A DNA stretch of 64,000 nucleotides from Klebsormidium nitens (taxonomy: Eukaryota; Plantae; Klebsormidiophyceae): assembly GCA_000708835.1 (NCBI GenBank), contig DF237131.1, positions 88,882 to 152,881 on the forward strand, written 5' to 3'. Below are positions 1 to 11,276 of this stretch, one piece after another. The notes beneath the pieces were generated by a model, which worked only from the letters and a program-made list of their open reading frames with translations, was not told the origin of the DNA and searched no databases. The position numbers were made by a program, and so were the translations under genes. Position 1 is the first letter of the stretch. Every line of letters starts with the position of its first letter.

Positions 1-512
1 TGTCGTATAACCTGCTGGTCGGGGCGTATGCCCGGGTCATCAACTCTCGGGCGCTGGACATCTTCGAGGAGATGAAAGAAAAGGGGATAGCGCCCAGCGT
101 GATGACGTATAACTGGGTGCTTATGTATATGCGGAAGGCGGGCACCGGGCCGCAGAAAGCGATCCGGCTGTTTAGCGAGATGGTGGCCGGGGGGGTCGCC
201 CCGACGGCCATAAGCTATGTCGAGATGGTCCGGATATTGCAGCGGGCGGGGATGGACGAGGAGGCGGCCGCAATGCAGAAGGAGTTGGAGTTAGTGCAGG
301 GCGATGACGCAATTATGAGGGTTGCGGAGCTGACGTCAGAGCGGCAAGTTAGCTCAAGGGGAAACGCGGAAGTTGATTCTAGGGGTTCGTCTGATCTAGA
401 AACGGATAACCCGGAAGAGTTGTTAGAAAACAAGGCTGGGTTGTCAGACGGGTTGGAAGGCGAGGCGGGCTGGAGACACCTGCTGGTCGCCACGGAGCGA
501 GGGGTCGATTAG
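1..512 (+). CDS. Pentatricopeptide repeat (PPR) protein, 3' end (5'-partial)
   Basis: The frame is open from the window start: SYNLLVGAYARVINSRALDIFEEMKEKGIAPSVMTYNWVLMYMRKAG..KAIRLFSEMVAGGVAPTAISY. These are successive ~35-aa P-type PPR motifs followed by an acidic tail; stop at 512. Confidence 0.9.
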   Translation, partial: SYNLLVGAYARVINSRALDIFEEMKEKGIAPSVMTYNWVLMYMRKAGTGPQKAIRLFSEMVAGGVAPTAISYVEMVRILQRAGMDEEAAAMQKELELVQGDDAIMRVAELTSERQVSSRGNAEVDSRGSSDLETDNPEELLENKAGLSDGLEGEAGWRHLLVATERGVD

Positions 513-1807
513 ATACTATTTTGAAGAAACAGATCAGGACAATAGCCTCGTTTTGAAACAGTGACTGTATTGATCTGAGCCATTGAGCTAGCGCGCGTCT
601 CGTGGTACATTCGCAGAGATGTTTCAACCAACAAACGACATCAATATTTTGATTGTCCCTGCGAGTGCCTTGTTTCGAACTTCGTTCTGTTTCAATCGGA
701 TTTGCAATCTGAAAGCTAAGTACCGGTGGCTTGCACGTTCGCAATGGTGGGCGCAAAAAGGTAATAAGTCGGCACACCTACGTTTCCGGGCAGCGCGACG
801 ACTCTTGGCAAAGTCTGTCCTTACATCTTATCAGCATCATTGATATAGTACTCAGTCGGAAAGGCCACCGTCGACGATCCGCACATGGCACGAGAAGTTC
901 AGATTTTGGGGTGCGCATTCATGCAAAGCATGCATGAGTGTATTGAGAGTGATGCAATGAGCTTGTGCTGGTCCACGCGGGTCAAATTGAGTTGGCCCGT
1001 AAATATCATTCTTGCCTCGATCAATCCCCATACTGAGCCGTGTGCAAGGGACAGCCGCCATCATTGCCCATGAGCTGGAGGCTCCATTAGCCATTAGTCC
1101 ATGAGGTGGGCGCCGGCGGCTATTGTATCTTTCCAGCCATGCTGAAATTAGGCTCAAAGCAGGACGGTGGATCATATATACCCTCATATACTCTCATCCA
1201 TACCCTTTCAAGCTAGTTTGTTCTTTCAATCGGTAGCAAGCAAAGATCTGGATCAAAACCATAGGTTCGTCTTGATGTAAAGCTTACGGCTGATACTTCT
1301 GTTCTCATGTTCCATGGTCACTGTCATGCACACGTAGGCGATGGCTTATGTGTGGAATCCGAACACGTTTTGGAGAGCTGCAATAATCTGGAAGATCTGG
1401 ACAACCAGTATGAGAACCACTGTTGGCACGGTCGAAAGCGGATGACTTTCATCACAGGCAACACAGGCTCGACTGCTCGCTGCTCTTTTTGGAGCATAGT
1501 GCCTTTTACATCAGGACAGTGCAAGAAGCTCACACTTGCCGCGCTCATTTACGAATTATGGGCCCCACGATCAAGCTTGAGTCGATGCAACGACAATGCT
1601 GTGCCCGGCCCGGAGCACAAAAATACGAGTACGCAGCACACACTGGAGAAGGACTCTCCATCCATTGATCAGCTTTGGCACAGTTCGGACTTGTAGCAGG
1701 TTGACCAAACATCCACCCAAGCCCGATACACAGAAACATTTGCACCGGTAAAATACGACCGTTTTGATTGTTCGATGCTGTCAGGGCCAGCCAGGCGCCA
1801 ATTCTGT

Positions 1808-4800
1808 TCAAAACTTGTCAAGATCCAAGCTCTCCACAACGCTTCCGGAAGTGTCGGCGGCCGCCTTAAGGGCGTTTGCCGTATCGCTGTAGCGCTTCAG
1901 GTCGTATCTCTCCAGCGCAGAGAGCGCGTTCTCACTCTCCGTAAAGAGCACACACTCGGCGCATCGCAGTGCGCCCTCCATGATCCCCGGCGCTTTCCTA
2001 ACCTCCCCCACAAAGATAACTCGGTCGTCTAACCTAACCTCGATTGTCCTGACCCCCCGGAAAGAGTGGATCCGGCTGCAGTTGTAGTTCCACACCCGGA
2101 TCATGCCCAGCGTCGTGACGTCATCGAGGCTGACGTGGATGCTGACCGCCTCGCCGGGTGTGAATGGGGCCAGCCAGTGGTGTAAGTCGTCGCAGGTCCA
2201 GTTCACACCGTCCAGCAGCTTGTCCACCGTCCGGGGGTCCGAACCGTACCCGGACAGGATGTTCAGATCCGGCGGTTCCGCCCGGAGCTGCTTCTCGAGG
2301 GAGCGGAACGAGAGCGGCTCTCCGGCGGAGTCGAACAGCTCCAGCCCGGAAAGCCCGACATAGAACGGGTCGCCCCAGTTCTCCAAGATGTGGACCGTCA
2401 GCTGACTGCCACGTGGCTCGCAGGGAATGGTAAAGGAAGTCGGCATCGGAACGGAGGCCTGTAGCAGCTTGCCACGTGGCTCCTCGGGGGCAGGCGTGAC
2501 GTCCAGACTCTCAGCCGGGTGAACGAACGACGAAAGAGCGTCGTCTTCCGCTCCCCTGTCTAGTCTCGCGCCGCTAACTCCCGGAGGGGTTATTACACCC
2601 GTCGGCTGCGCAGGAGCAAGCCAGCTTGGCTCCACCAGAGCGTCGGCGATCCGTGCATCTCTCTTGTCCGCCTCTTTTTCCGCTCGAGAAGCCGGCCGGA
2701 AACCTGCCCGCTGCAGGCCCGTTCCAAGTTCCGTTCCGCCGAGCGCAGACTTCCGGCCGCCGGCCAGAACGCCTCGCTCCGAGTCCGGTTCTTCCGTTCT
2801 TTCTCCGCCTAGCTTCTCTACCGAAACCACCCCTTCCTGCCCTTCGGGCGTATACACATCGGGCAGGGGTTCCGGACACGGGAGCGGTTCCGCCGGAATG
2901 TGGAGCCGCCCCGCGTGCGAGTGCCGGAAGAACGCCAGCGAGTCGAGCGACTGCTCCAGCGCGGACGGTGCGCGCCGGTCGCGCCCCTTCCGGCGGAACC
3001 CTTCCGGTGCCTCCTCGACGGAAGGCGTCTCCATTCGAGACCGGCCCCTCGGTCGAAAGGCCTCGTTGGGAGACTCTTTACCGGGCGATACGCTATCCCC
3101 GACATAGACTGCGCGCGCAGTCTCGTGCCCCCGGTTAAGACTTAAGCCTCTTTCCTCGGACCGGTCAGATGGACGCAACATTTTTGGATCGCCGTCGGAC
3201 GTCCGATTGACTGACCGCCTTCCGCTAGCGCGCTGCGCCAGCGACATTTCCCCCGTTCCGCTCAACCGAGCGCCGGAACGGACCGCCGAGCGACCCTCCA
3301 GCCCAAGGGAGGACCGCCGCGAATGGCGGACAGCGGAACCGGAACGGCCACTCGACTCCATCTCCGCTCCGTTTGCATCGTTCCGTTCCGTTACGGACTG
3401 CCCACCGTTCCGTTCTGTTTCTGTGGCCTTCCCCCTGCGACCCTTTCCGGGCTGCCCCGAAGATGACGTCACCCCGAAGACGGACTCGGGGGATGACGTT
3501 GGGGACGGCGTGTCGGTCGTGATGACGTTCAGGAATGGCGAGCGGTTCCCGGCGCGGCTGCGGGGCCCCAGGAGGATCCCCCCGGCCAGTGCTTCCGCGT
3601 CTCGGGAAGGTCGGTTTGCGCTAACCGGGGCGGGGGTTAGGGAGGACGACACAGGGGCGGTGGAAGAAAGCGAGGCCTCGGCACCCGGTTCGCCGCGGTA
3701 CGAGGTAGTTCTGGTGACGTCATCGTCCATGCTGACGCGTCTCCTGCCTGCTCGTGGGGAAGGGCTGTCTTTCGAGAAGGAAGGGTTCGTTGGTAAAAGA
3801 TCCGACGGTTCCGTCTGGTGTCCAGTCTTTGCCCCGGTGGTCGATTTCGGAGGTGTTTTGGAGGAGGAAAAGGATGTTCTAGAACCCCTTTGGGCTGTGG
3901 CGTCGTGCGGCGCGCGCAGACTTGGAGAGGGTGCGCGCATCACTGACGTGGGTTCGGGGGTTAGGGGCTGCGCAATCGTTCCTCGGCCAGGACTTTTTGG
4001 GGGGCGTTCGTGAGGGAGACCTGCATCAAAGTAAGGCAGAATCGTTTACTCGTGGTTCTTGAGAAGGCGAACAATTCAAAAGAGATGTGAGATGTTCAAG
4101 ACGAAGCTGTGCCCATACTCCGAATAGACTTTTAGGCTGTCTATAAACCCTCTGCTGTTTACCACGAATTCTACAACTCAAGCAAGTGGAAAAGAATTCG
4201 GGTGAAAACTTATGTACAGATCCTTCGGTCCACCTCGTGTAACGGGCGTAGGAAACCGTTACACGAAGGCCTCTTTTTAACCCTATCGTTTTCAAAAGAA
4301 GGGCCAATTCGCTTACCGGTTTGCTTAACGCCCGGAGTTGACAGCCCTGAGGAGCATTGCGCAGCCAGCTCAGCTCTCCTCCTTTCAGCGACCGCGCTGG
4401 CATCACCGGCTTTTCCGGACCCGGGACTCGTGCTTCTGGTGTTACTGAAACCGTCCCCGGGTTCCGCACGCTCCTCGGGGCCTTGACACCGCTCCAGCTT
4501 CTGGATCACCTCCAAGAGGTACTCCTGCTTTTGCGTGTCAAGCAGCCGCAGCCGCTCGTTCAGCTCCGGAAGAAGGGGCTTTGCTGGCTTCCCTCCCAAA
4601 CTCTGCATTCGGGCGACCGCCTCCTCCTCACCATTCCTCGAAGGTCGCCTTGCACGACCCTCTTTCTCCAACCCTCCAATCTCTCGTTCATCGGATCTGC
4701 TTTCCCTCCGTTCCGCCTCCGTTTCGCTCTTCCGCTCCTCCGCCCTTTGCCCCTGCGCCAGACGCTCCAGTTGCGCCGCGAGCGCTTTGGCATTCTCCCG

Positions 4801-6587
4801 CCTCACAGCCTCCAGCACGAGACTGACATCCGTTCCCGGCTTGGTTCCGTTCCTCGCCGTCAAGGGCGCCCTCGGCACGGATTCCGCCGGCTTCGGGTTC
4901 GACAGAGCAGAAAGCGGACGGACCCTTCCGGGCTTGCCAAGCGGACTGCCTGCGAACGTGATTCCTGGAGACACCTTCGTTGGAGAGTATTTCTCCTCCA
5001 CAAAATGCCCGCTTCTAGTTGGGGTTGGGGCTGATTCGTCTGGACTCGAGTCCGACTCCTCCACAACCGCACTGGTTTCCAGCTCTAGTTGTGCGCCACC
5101 AGGACTCTCGACCTCAGAAAGCTCTTCCTCCTCAATTTCTTCCACTTCTAGTTCTTTTCTCTTCATCGCACTGGGCCGGGGTACAGCTGTGACTGTAACG
5201 TAAGTTTCTCCCCCATCTGCTTCTTCAGAAACATCTACCACCTCCATCGAACCGAACGCTTCACTTCGAACCGTTCCCCAATCTTGGACGCTGCTATATG
5301 TGACGCTGCTCGCCGCCGTTCCGCTTCCGCTCCTTCCGGCCGTTCCGTTTTGTTCTGCTGGGCGGGACGAAGGACTCCGGTCTCCAAAGCGCGCACTCTT
5401 GGCATCGAAGCTCCGGATCATGTCAGGGGAGTCGACCGTTTCTAATGGAGGCACCGGAACGCTCTGTGGGCTCTCCAGAGGCGTTTGATCTATACTTTCT
5501 CGGTTCGGGGGGGTGCCTTTGCTGGCGACTTGGAGGGGGGTCTCGGCATCTGCATGCTGAGTCCGTTCGCTTTCCATCCCCCCCTCTTCACCCAGGCTGA
5601 AGTCCTCCTCAAAGGACTCTTCGTAGGCTTCGAAGTCCTCCGACTCGTATGACGCGCTAACACAAAGGTTCGCACCAGTCGCCGCATCCCGACCCTTTCC
5701 AGCTTCAGTGGCAGCATGCCTCTCGAAGTGGGGTTTCTCGACCACCGAAAGTTCTGTCCCAAGGAGTCTGTCTGGCTCGACGATCTCTTGCACAACCGTG
5801 AAGTCTGCGTCTTCATTTAAGCCCCGAACTTCTGCCACATGTCCAGCACCCCTTTTTTTGCCTACGTCTCCGATCTCCCTACGATCCAGATCTCTCCCCG
5901 CCTCACTCCGGCTCCTCTCCCCTTCTTTCCCTCCCCCATCTCCTTTCTCTTGGCCGCCAAGTTCGTCTTCATTCACCCCCGCTGACTGACTGCCATCTTT
6001 CAGGCTGTCTTCTGCTCCGTTTTCTCCGCCTCCCGTTTTCCCCGCTTCTGCACCTGTCTCCACCTCCACCTCCCCTCTCGACTTTCTCCCCCCTCTAGTT
6101 TCCTCGACCGGAAGCGCCGCCCCGTCGTCTGTTCTAATCACCAGCTGTTGCGCCCGCTGCCAATTCCGCCTCCGTCGGTGCTCGTCCTCGGTACCCCCCC
6201 CATGCCCAGAGCTTCTTCTACCCCCCCCCTGCACCTGCCTTTTCAGCTGCGCTTTTACCCGCTCCTCATTGGCCCCACTTAGCTGCAGATTAAACCCCTG
6301 TTCCCGTTCCCGGAACCCCCCGTGCGAAACGCGCTTCTCGGACGTTCTTCTGGAGTCCAGATGGGACTCGGCACTCGTCCGGCGGTCCGGAAAGAGCGCC
6401 TCTGCTTTTGAGCTACCGGCAGAGTGGGTGGTCCGGTGGGGGGCATAGTCGAGATGGTGTGAATGGGGCCAGGGGTCTCTCTCAGGAGTTTTCACACCAG
6501 CGGCGGCAAGCTCTGCCAGCGTGACTCTCTCGTTGCCTAACGCCCACTGCCGGCGCTGCCTCGGAGGGGGCGGTTCCATATTACCTG
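1808..6587 (-). CDS. KATNIP: Katanin-interacting protein (KIAA0556/KATNIP) homolog with a DUF4457 module
   Basis: Exons 6587-4317 (acceptor atgcag, donor G|GTAAGC) and 4020-1808 (acceptor ttgatgcag) join in frame. The C-terminus has NWGDPFYVGLSGLELFD..PPDLNIL..DPRTVDKLLDGVN..HHWLAPF..IRVWNYNCSRIHSFRGV. The N-terminal EQGFNLQLSGAN matches the recalled KATNIP EQGFSVYVNGAN. Additional small 5' exons between ~6.7 and 7.6 kb are likely but unresolved. Confidence 0.85.
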
Positions 6588-8066
6588 CATTCAAATTGTC
6601 TTCTTCTCCTCTGCCTGTTATCTGATTTTGATAACCTGATTATGCACTGGAGGCACAGGAAGTTTGTGATGTTGTCATTCTGAAGCAATGAGGATTTGAC
6701 CCAAGACTTCCAAAAGTCTTAGTGAGCTTGGTGCCTGTATTTGCATCACACGTGCTTCAGATTACCAGACGGAAAGAGCCAAGAACTGGGGTAAGCTGCT
6801 GCTTCAACAGCAGCATTGAAAGTTTCATCGAAAGCTGAACTCAAACAATGTTCAACACCTCAACTGCTTTTTGCATCTTCCTGTAAGGCAGCTTAAATCC
6901 TTGGCTGGTAATCTGCAGGCTTCGCTACATGTAGAAGATGTAGCTGACTTTTATTTTCAAAGTGTTGAGCGGTGCAGTCTGCTTTACCCAGCTCAGTTGG
7001 GCTGCCCAGCTCACGCAGGCAGTGTCTATCCACATAAGAGACAAAGAGGTCTTCTTGCTACAAAGAGATGGCTTGCCTTCCATTTACTCAAAACTCGAAA
7101 TCTGAGCTGTCTTCATGTCGACGTCAGCTCAAGGTTTGAGCCAAAAGCATGCCTTTAGAATTCCGCCAAGCCAAGCAACTCCGCACCGCAGAAGGGACAT
7201 TCCAGCATTATTGTTCCGTAAATGAGCAGATTTGATGCAGATGGTAAATGATGGATCCATTCAACGCTCGGCGGCTTACCTGCCAGTCCTGAGCTGCTTT
7301 CAAGTCAGCACCGAGCTTTTTATCCTGATTTGCATGACAGCTGCTAAGTCGTTGAAATCCTTCAAAACCATGTCAGGTAAATGTGATTGTTCGACCACCA
7401 GCTCCTTCTCGACAAGACGGCAAGATATAGCGTCTAGGGGCGCGGGAAAACCTAAGCTTTTTGTATTCTTGTATTAGCCTGGCAGCAGACAGCAACTTTC
7501 AAGAGTCTTCAATTGCATGAAGTTGGTTCTCCCAGCCTGCCCTACCCAGAGGTTTTCATGTGGTTGCCTCCCTTATTGACATGACATGTTCCAAAATCGG
7601 TAAGGCATTTTTATTCGTGATCCTATTGGCCGAAACCCTTACCGGGTTGACCGCGTTGACCGAGATCGAAACTTGAGCGACTAACCCCCTACTAACCCCA
7701 GCAGATTTCCTACTTCGAAAACGAGAAAGCCTTAACCCCATACTCAAAAACCCTTCGCAAAATTTCCAAGGGGGAGGACATTCTAGTACTCGATCTTACG
7801 CCGGCTGACTCGCAGATAATTTTTAAGTTCACATCGGACGTGTACATTGTTTCCCATTCCATCCTGGCCGTCGACACTAGATATCGACGGTATGCATGGA
7901 GCTCCAAGTGAGAGCGCGCGCGACCATTCAATCACTCGAGCTCGCGTACTGAGAATTGGAGGTGTTTCAATCTTGCCAGATAATACTATATAGTGTCAGA
8001 TGGAAACATATGGTGTACTTATGTAAGTAAGTAGTAGGCCCATAAATCCTTACATGTAAACCGTAG

Positions 8067-8150
8067 CAGTCAGTACGCACGCTTCTGGGGCTTTGACACC
8101 ACCAGAAAAGGTTGGTGGTGTCAAAGCCCCAGAAGCGTGCGTACTGACTG
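8067..8150. repeat. Perfect inverted repeat (38-bp arms, 8-nt loop)
   Basis: 8067-8104 CAGTCAGTACGCACGCTTCTGGGGCTTTGACACCACCA is the exact reverse complement of 8113-8150; the loop is GAAAAGGT. Confidence 0.97.
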
Positions 8151-8310
8151 GACTGAGCATGACCGGGGTACGCGAGTTCGAGACAATCGTTTTTTTCCTA
8201 GGTATTAGCTCAGAGTGTTCGCTGCAGATTCGAGAAAAGCAATTCCCGGTTCTCGATTCCTCAAGAGCGCTTTGCAGCTCCCTCACTCAGCGCACAATCT
8301 CTTTTTGAGA

Positions 8311-9871
8311 ATGGCTTCATGTTCCAGCAATGGCAGCGCCATGGTTGGCTGCGCCTGCGGGTGTTCTGGGTGCCAGCCCCACCTGGTCAGCGAGTGGACA
8401 CCAGAGGAGAAAGCAATCTTCTCCAGCCTGACTTCCATTCCGAAGATCCAGGACTTTGTGGACGCTCTGAAGTATGAAGCGAAGCCAGACGGTGCATGGT
8501 CGCCCAGAATGACCATTCGATGGGGCCATGGCCACTGCTTCGGAGGGTCCCTGTTTGCTGCAGCTGCGTTGCGCAACCTGGGTGAGTTTGCTTTAAGAAG
8601 TGGTCAGTCTCAAATCAAAGCCTGTTTTGTAGAATGATCCTTGCTCGACGCAGCTAGAGTTCTTCCCCACCTCCACGGCAGATTTGCTTGACTTCTTGCA
8701 ACTGCTGGTGCTGGTCTCCTTTATAGACCTTGATAGAGGTTTCAATAAGTGCAGCTTGCTTCGTGTTATAGAAGCTACAATGAGGTCTCAACCAGTGAGA
8801 GAGCATCTTGCCAACAGAACTCTTGACTTTTACTTGATTCGTGCCAAGCATTTGAAGGACTTGCGAATCAGGATGAATCCGGTGATCGTACCTACAACAA
8901 GTTCAGCTTAGATTGCCCTCTTAACTTTGTAAGCAAATGCATTCATCCAGATCCGCATACAATGCTGACGCTTTTGGGGGCCTTCTGCAGGCCACCGGCC
9001 ATACATGGTCCACATTTCCACAGACCCTGAGGTCGATGACGACCACGTGATCTGTGCCTATCAGATCGACGGCTACTGGGGCGCCATTGCAAAGTCCAAC
9101 TACTCCACGTTGCGAGGCAGGGATCCGGTCTACCAGTCAATCAGGGAGCTCGCCATGAGCTACTTCGACTTTTACTTCAGCTCTGCAAAGGTCAAGTCGA
9201 TGACTGGGTACTCTGATCCAGTGGCGTTGGAGCAGTTTGATGAGAGGGGCCCAGGAAAACAGGGCTGGATGTATGCGGAGGACAACATGGAGGATCTGGA
9301 TCGGGTGTTATGTTACGAGGTAAATCTCGCATCCTCGTTTTTCTTGCACAAGGCTTTAGGTACCCGTTGAGTTCCTTTTTCTAAGGACATCTGGGGGCAG
9401 CCCGTTCGTCTTGAAAAGACAGATTGCAGATGCAGTGAGACACAAAGACCTATATTTCTGGGCTCCGGGCCTTCTGGACCACATCAAGACTAAGTGAGAA
9501 CGAATTACTGTGGTTCTGTCAGACAATCTGCATCATCCTTTCAGGTGTGACGGCAAATGCCTCCGTATCGACGTATCTACTTGCTCGCATGTGACATTCT
9601 CTTCCATCACTCAGTCCTTAGGATGAACATCCTGCCTGAACGACCATACGTAAGCTGGTCGCTGCTTAAGGGCGGAGTTTTTAAAGACTTACAAGAATTG
9701 TAACAGGTTTGTATTCACCCTGCGTCGTGATGCTTGCAGGCCCCCCACTACAACGTGGTGACATCAAAGATGGCACCTCACCTGAGCCCTGCTACCAAGC
9801 AACTTCTCGAGGCGTCGACTCTTTTCACCAACTGGGACGGGCTTTTCAAGCCAAAAGAATCCCAGACGTAG
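8311..9871 (+). CDS. Bacterial-type transglutaminase/papain-like (Cys-His) protein
   Basis: Exons 8311-8581, 8991-9319 and 9740-9871, all GT-AG and in frame. Motifs: KIQDF, SPR..HCFGGSLFAAAAL, DDDHV, WGAIAKSNY..LRGRDPVY..IRELAMSYFDFYF, as in a recalled family of uncharacterised bacterial proteins. Confidence 0.75.
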
Positions 9872-10428
9872 AGCTACCCGCAAGAGCATGACACAAAGTG
9901 TGCGATTTATATTTTGTTTGGAGGCGAACTCCTTCAAAGGTACAGAGAGGCAGAAGAAGCTTGCACATTTGACCGATCTGCCCGATCCTCCGTTAAGATG
10001 TGGTCGAATGATTGATCAGACACAAAGTGGAAGCTTCAGCTGGTTGGATCAATTGTCAGGGTAGCCTTCTGAACGATGAAAACAAATGCCTCGCTCAATT
10101 AGTTACTCGGAAAAACCAGAGCATTAGCCGCTAGCTGCCGTAGATCTAGTTAACGTGTTGACTGATCGAGTTGAACGAGTTGCTTCGCTGTATTGAAGCC
10201 GGATTAGGTACATCCGTGTCCACTACTTTGCTACTTTGATCATCCCGCGAGTGAGCCCGCAACAGCATCCACTGACAAGGCACTGAAAAGCTGAAAAGTC
10301 GTTTTTTGATGGCCTCTTGGATCTCCGAGTGTACAAATATACAGCGTTGGGGCTCCTCGAGGTCCGATACCACATGCTATCTAGGTACCACCCCGCCGCG
10401 CATATGTTTCGTGAATGCTAACCTCATG

Positions 10429-10448
10429 ATATAAGAGATCTCTTATAT
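10429..10448. repeat. Perfect 20-bp palindrome
   Basis: ATATAAGAGATCTCTTATAT. Confidence 0.9.
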
Positions 10449-11276
10449 GCCGCTTGATCGGACACATTCTTTGCATTGCATGAGTTTTGTCGGTATGACT
10501 TTTTTTTGGGCTGAGCTTAACGTTTCCGCTTGAAGTATGCACGCTTCACAGCAGCAGCAATGTGTGCATCTGCAACGTATACAAGTTGCGCGTAACCGAA
10601 CAGGTGACAGTTGCTCGTTTATTTTGGAGTATGTACGGTCACTGCCTATATCAATGCGGCACTAAACTGCGGCTGTCACATGCTCTGCCCCATACCGCAT
10701 ACACCGATTGCGCGCCGGAGCTAAAATACAAGCTGCGGCTCAGGTGATCATAATGATACCAAGTGACGAATATAATGTGCCGGGCCCATGTCGCTGGCAG
10801 TCGGCCCGGGCTTGGCCCGCCGGTTGCTAGCTTGAAGCAAGATAAACAACCAAGCCGGATGATCGGCTTGAGCCAGATCGTTGAAATTACTGCTGTCAAT
10901 TTCCATGCAAATAGATGAGAACTAGGCTAGGTGCTCACGTCTTCAAGCATGATAGCCCCATGACGGTCACTTGCTGGTGGAGCTTGAAATTTGGCACTGT
11001 GGCGCACATCTGACGCGATCACTCCTTTTGAATTAATAAAGCAATGAAATAAATCACGAGTCCACAATTGCAGTCTGCACCATGCATATCTTGCGGACAC
11101 TTATCATTGACGAAATAGGGCAGTCTACACAGTCTACTCCCGTGCACGAAACTGATCGCTCAAAGAGCCACTCTTCTCCAGACAGCTCTCAATTCAAGCT
11201 GGCCTTCACTGAATAGCAAAACAGTGGAGACGTATACATAATGAAGCAATTGCTTAATGCTTGATTTGACTTCAAT

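Noticed and set aside
4235-4266. 11-bp-stem hairpin in the KATNIP intron (TCGTGTAACGG / CCGTTACACGA)
   Set aside because: Real but short, and plausible by chance in 64 kb. There is no evidence of function.
2103-5989. Many 60-270 aa + strand ORFs over the KATNIP region
   Set aside because: Antisense or alternate-frame shadows of a GC-rich coding exon.
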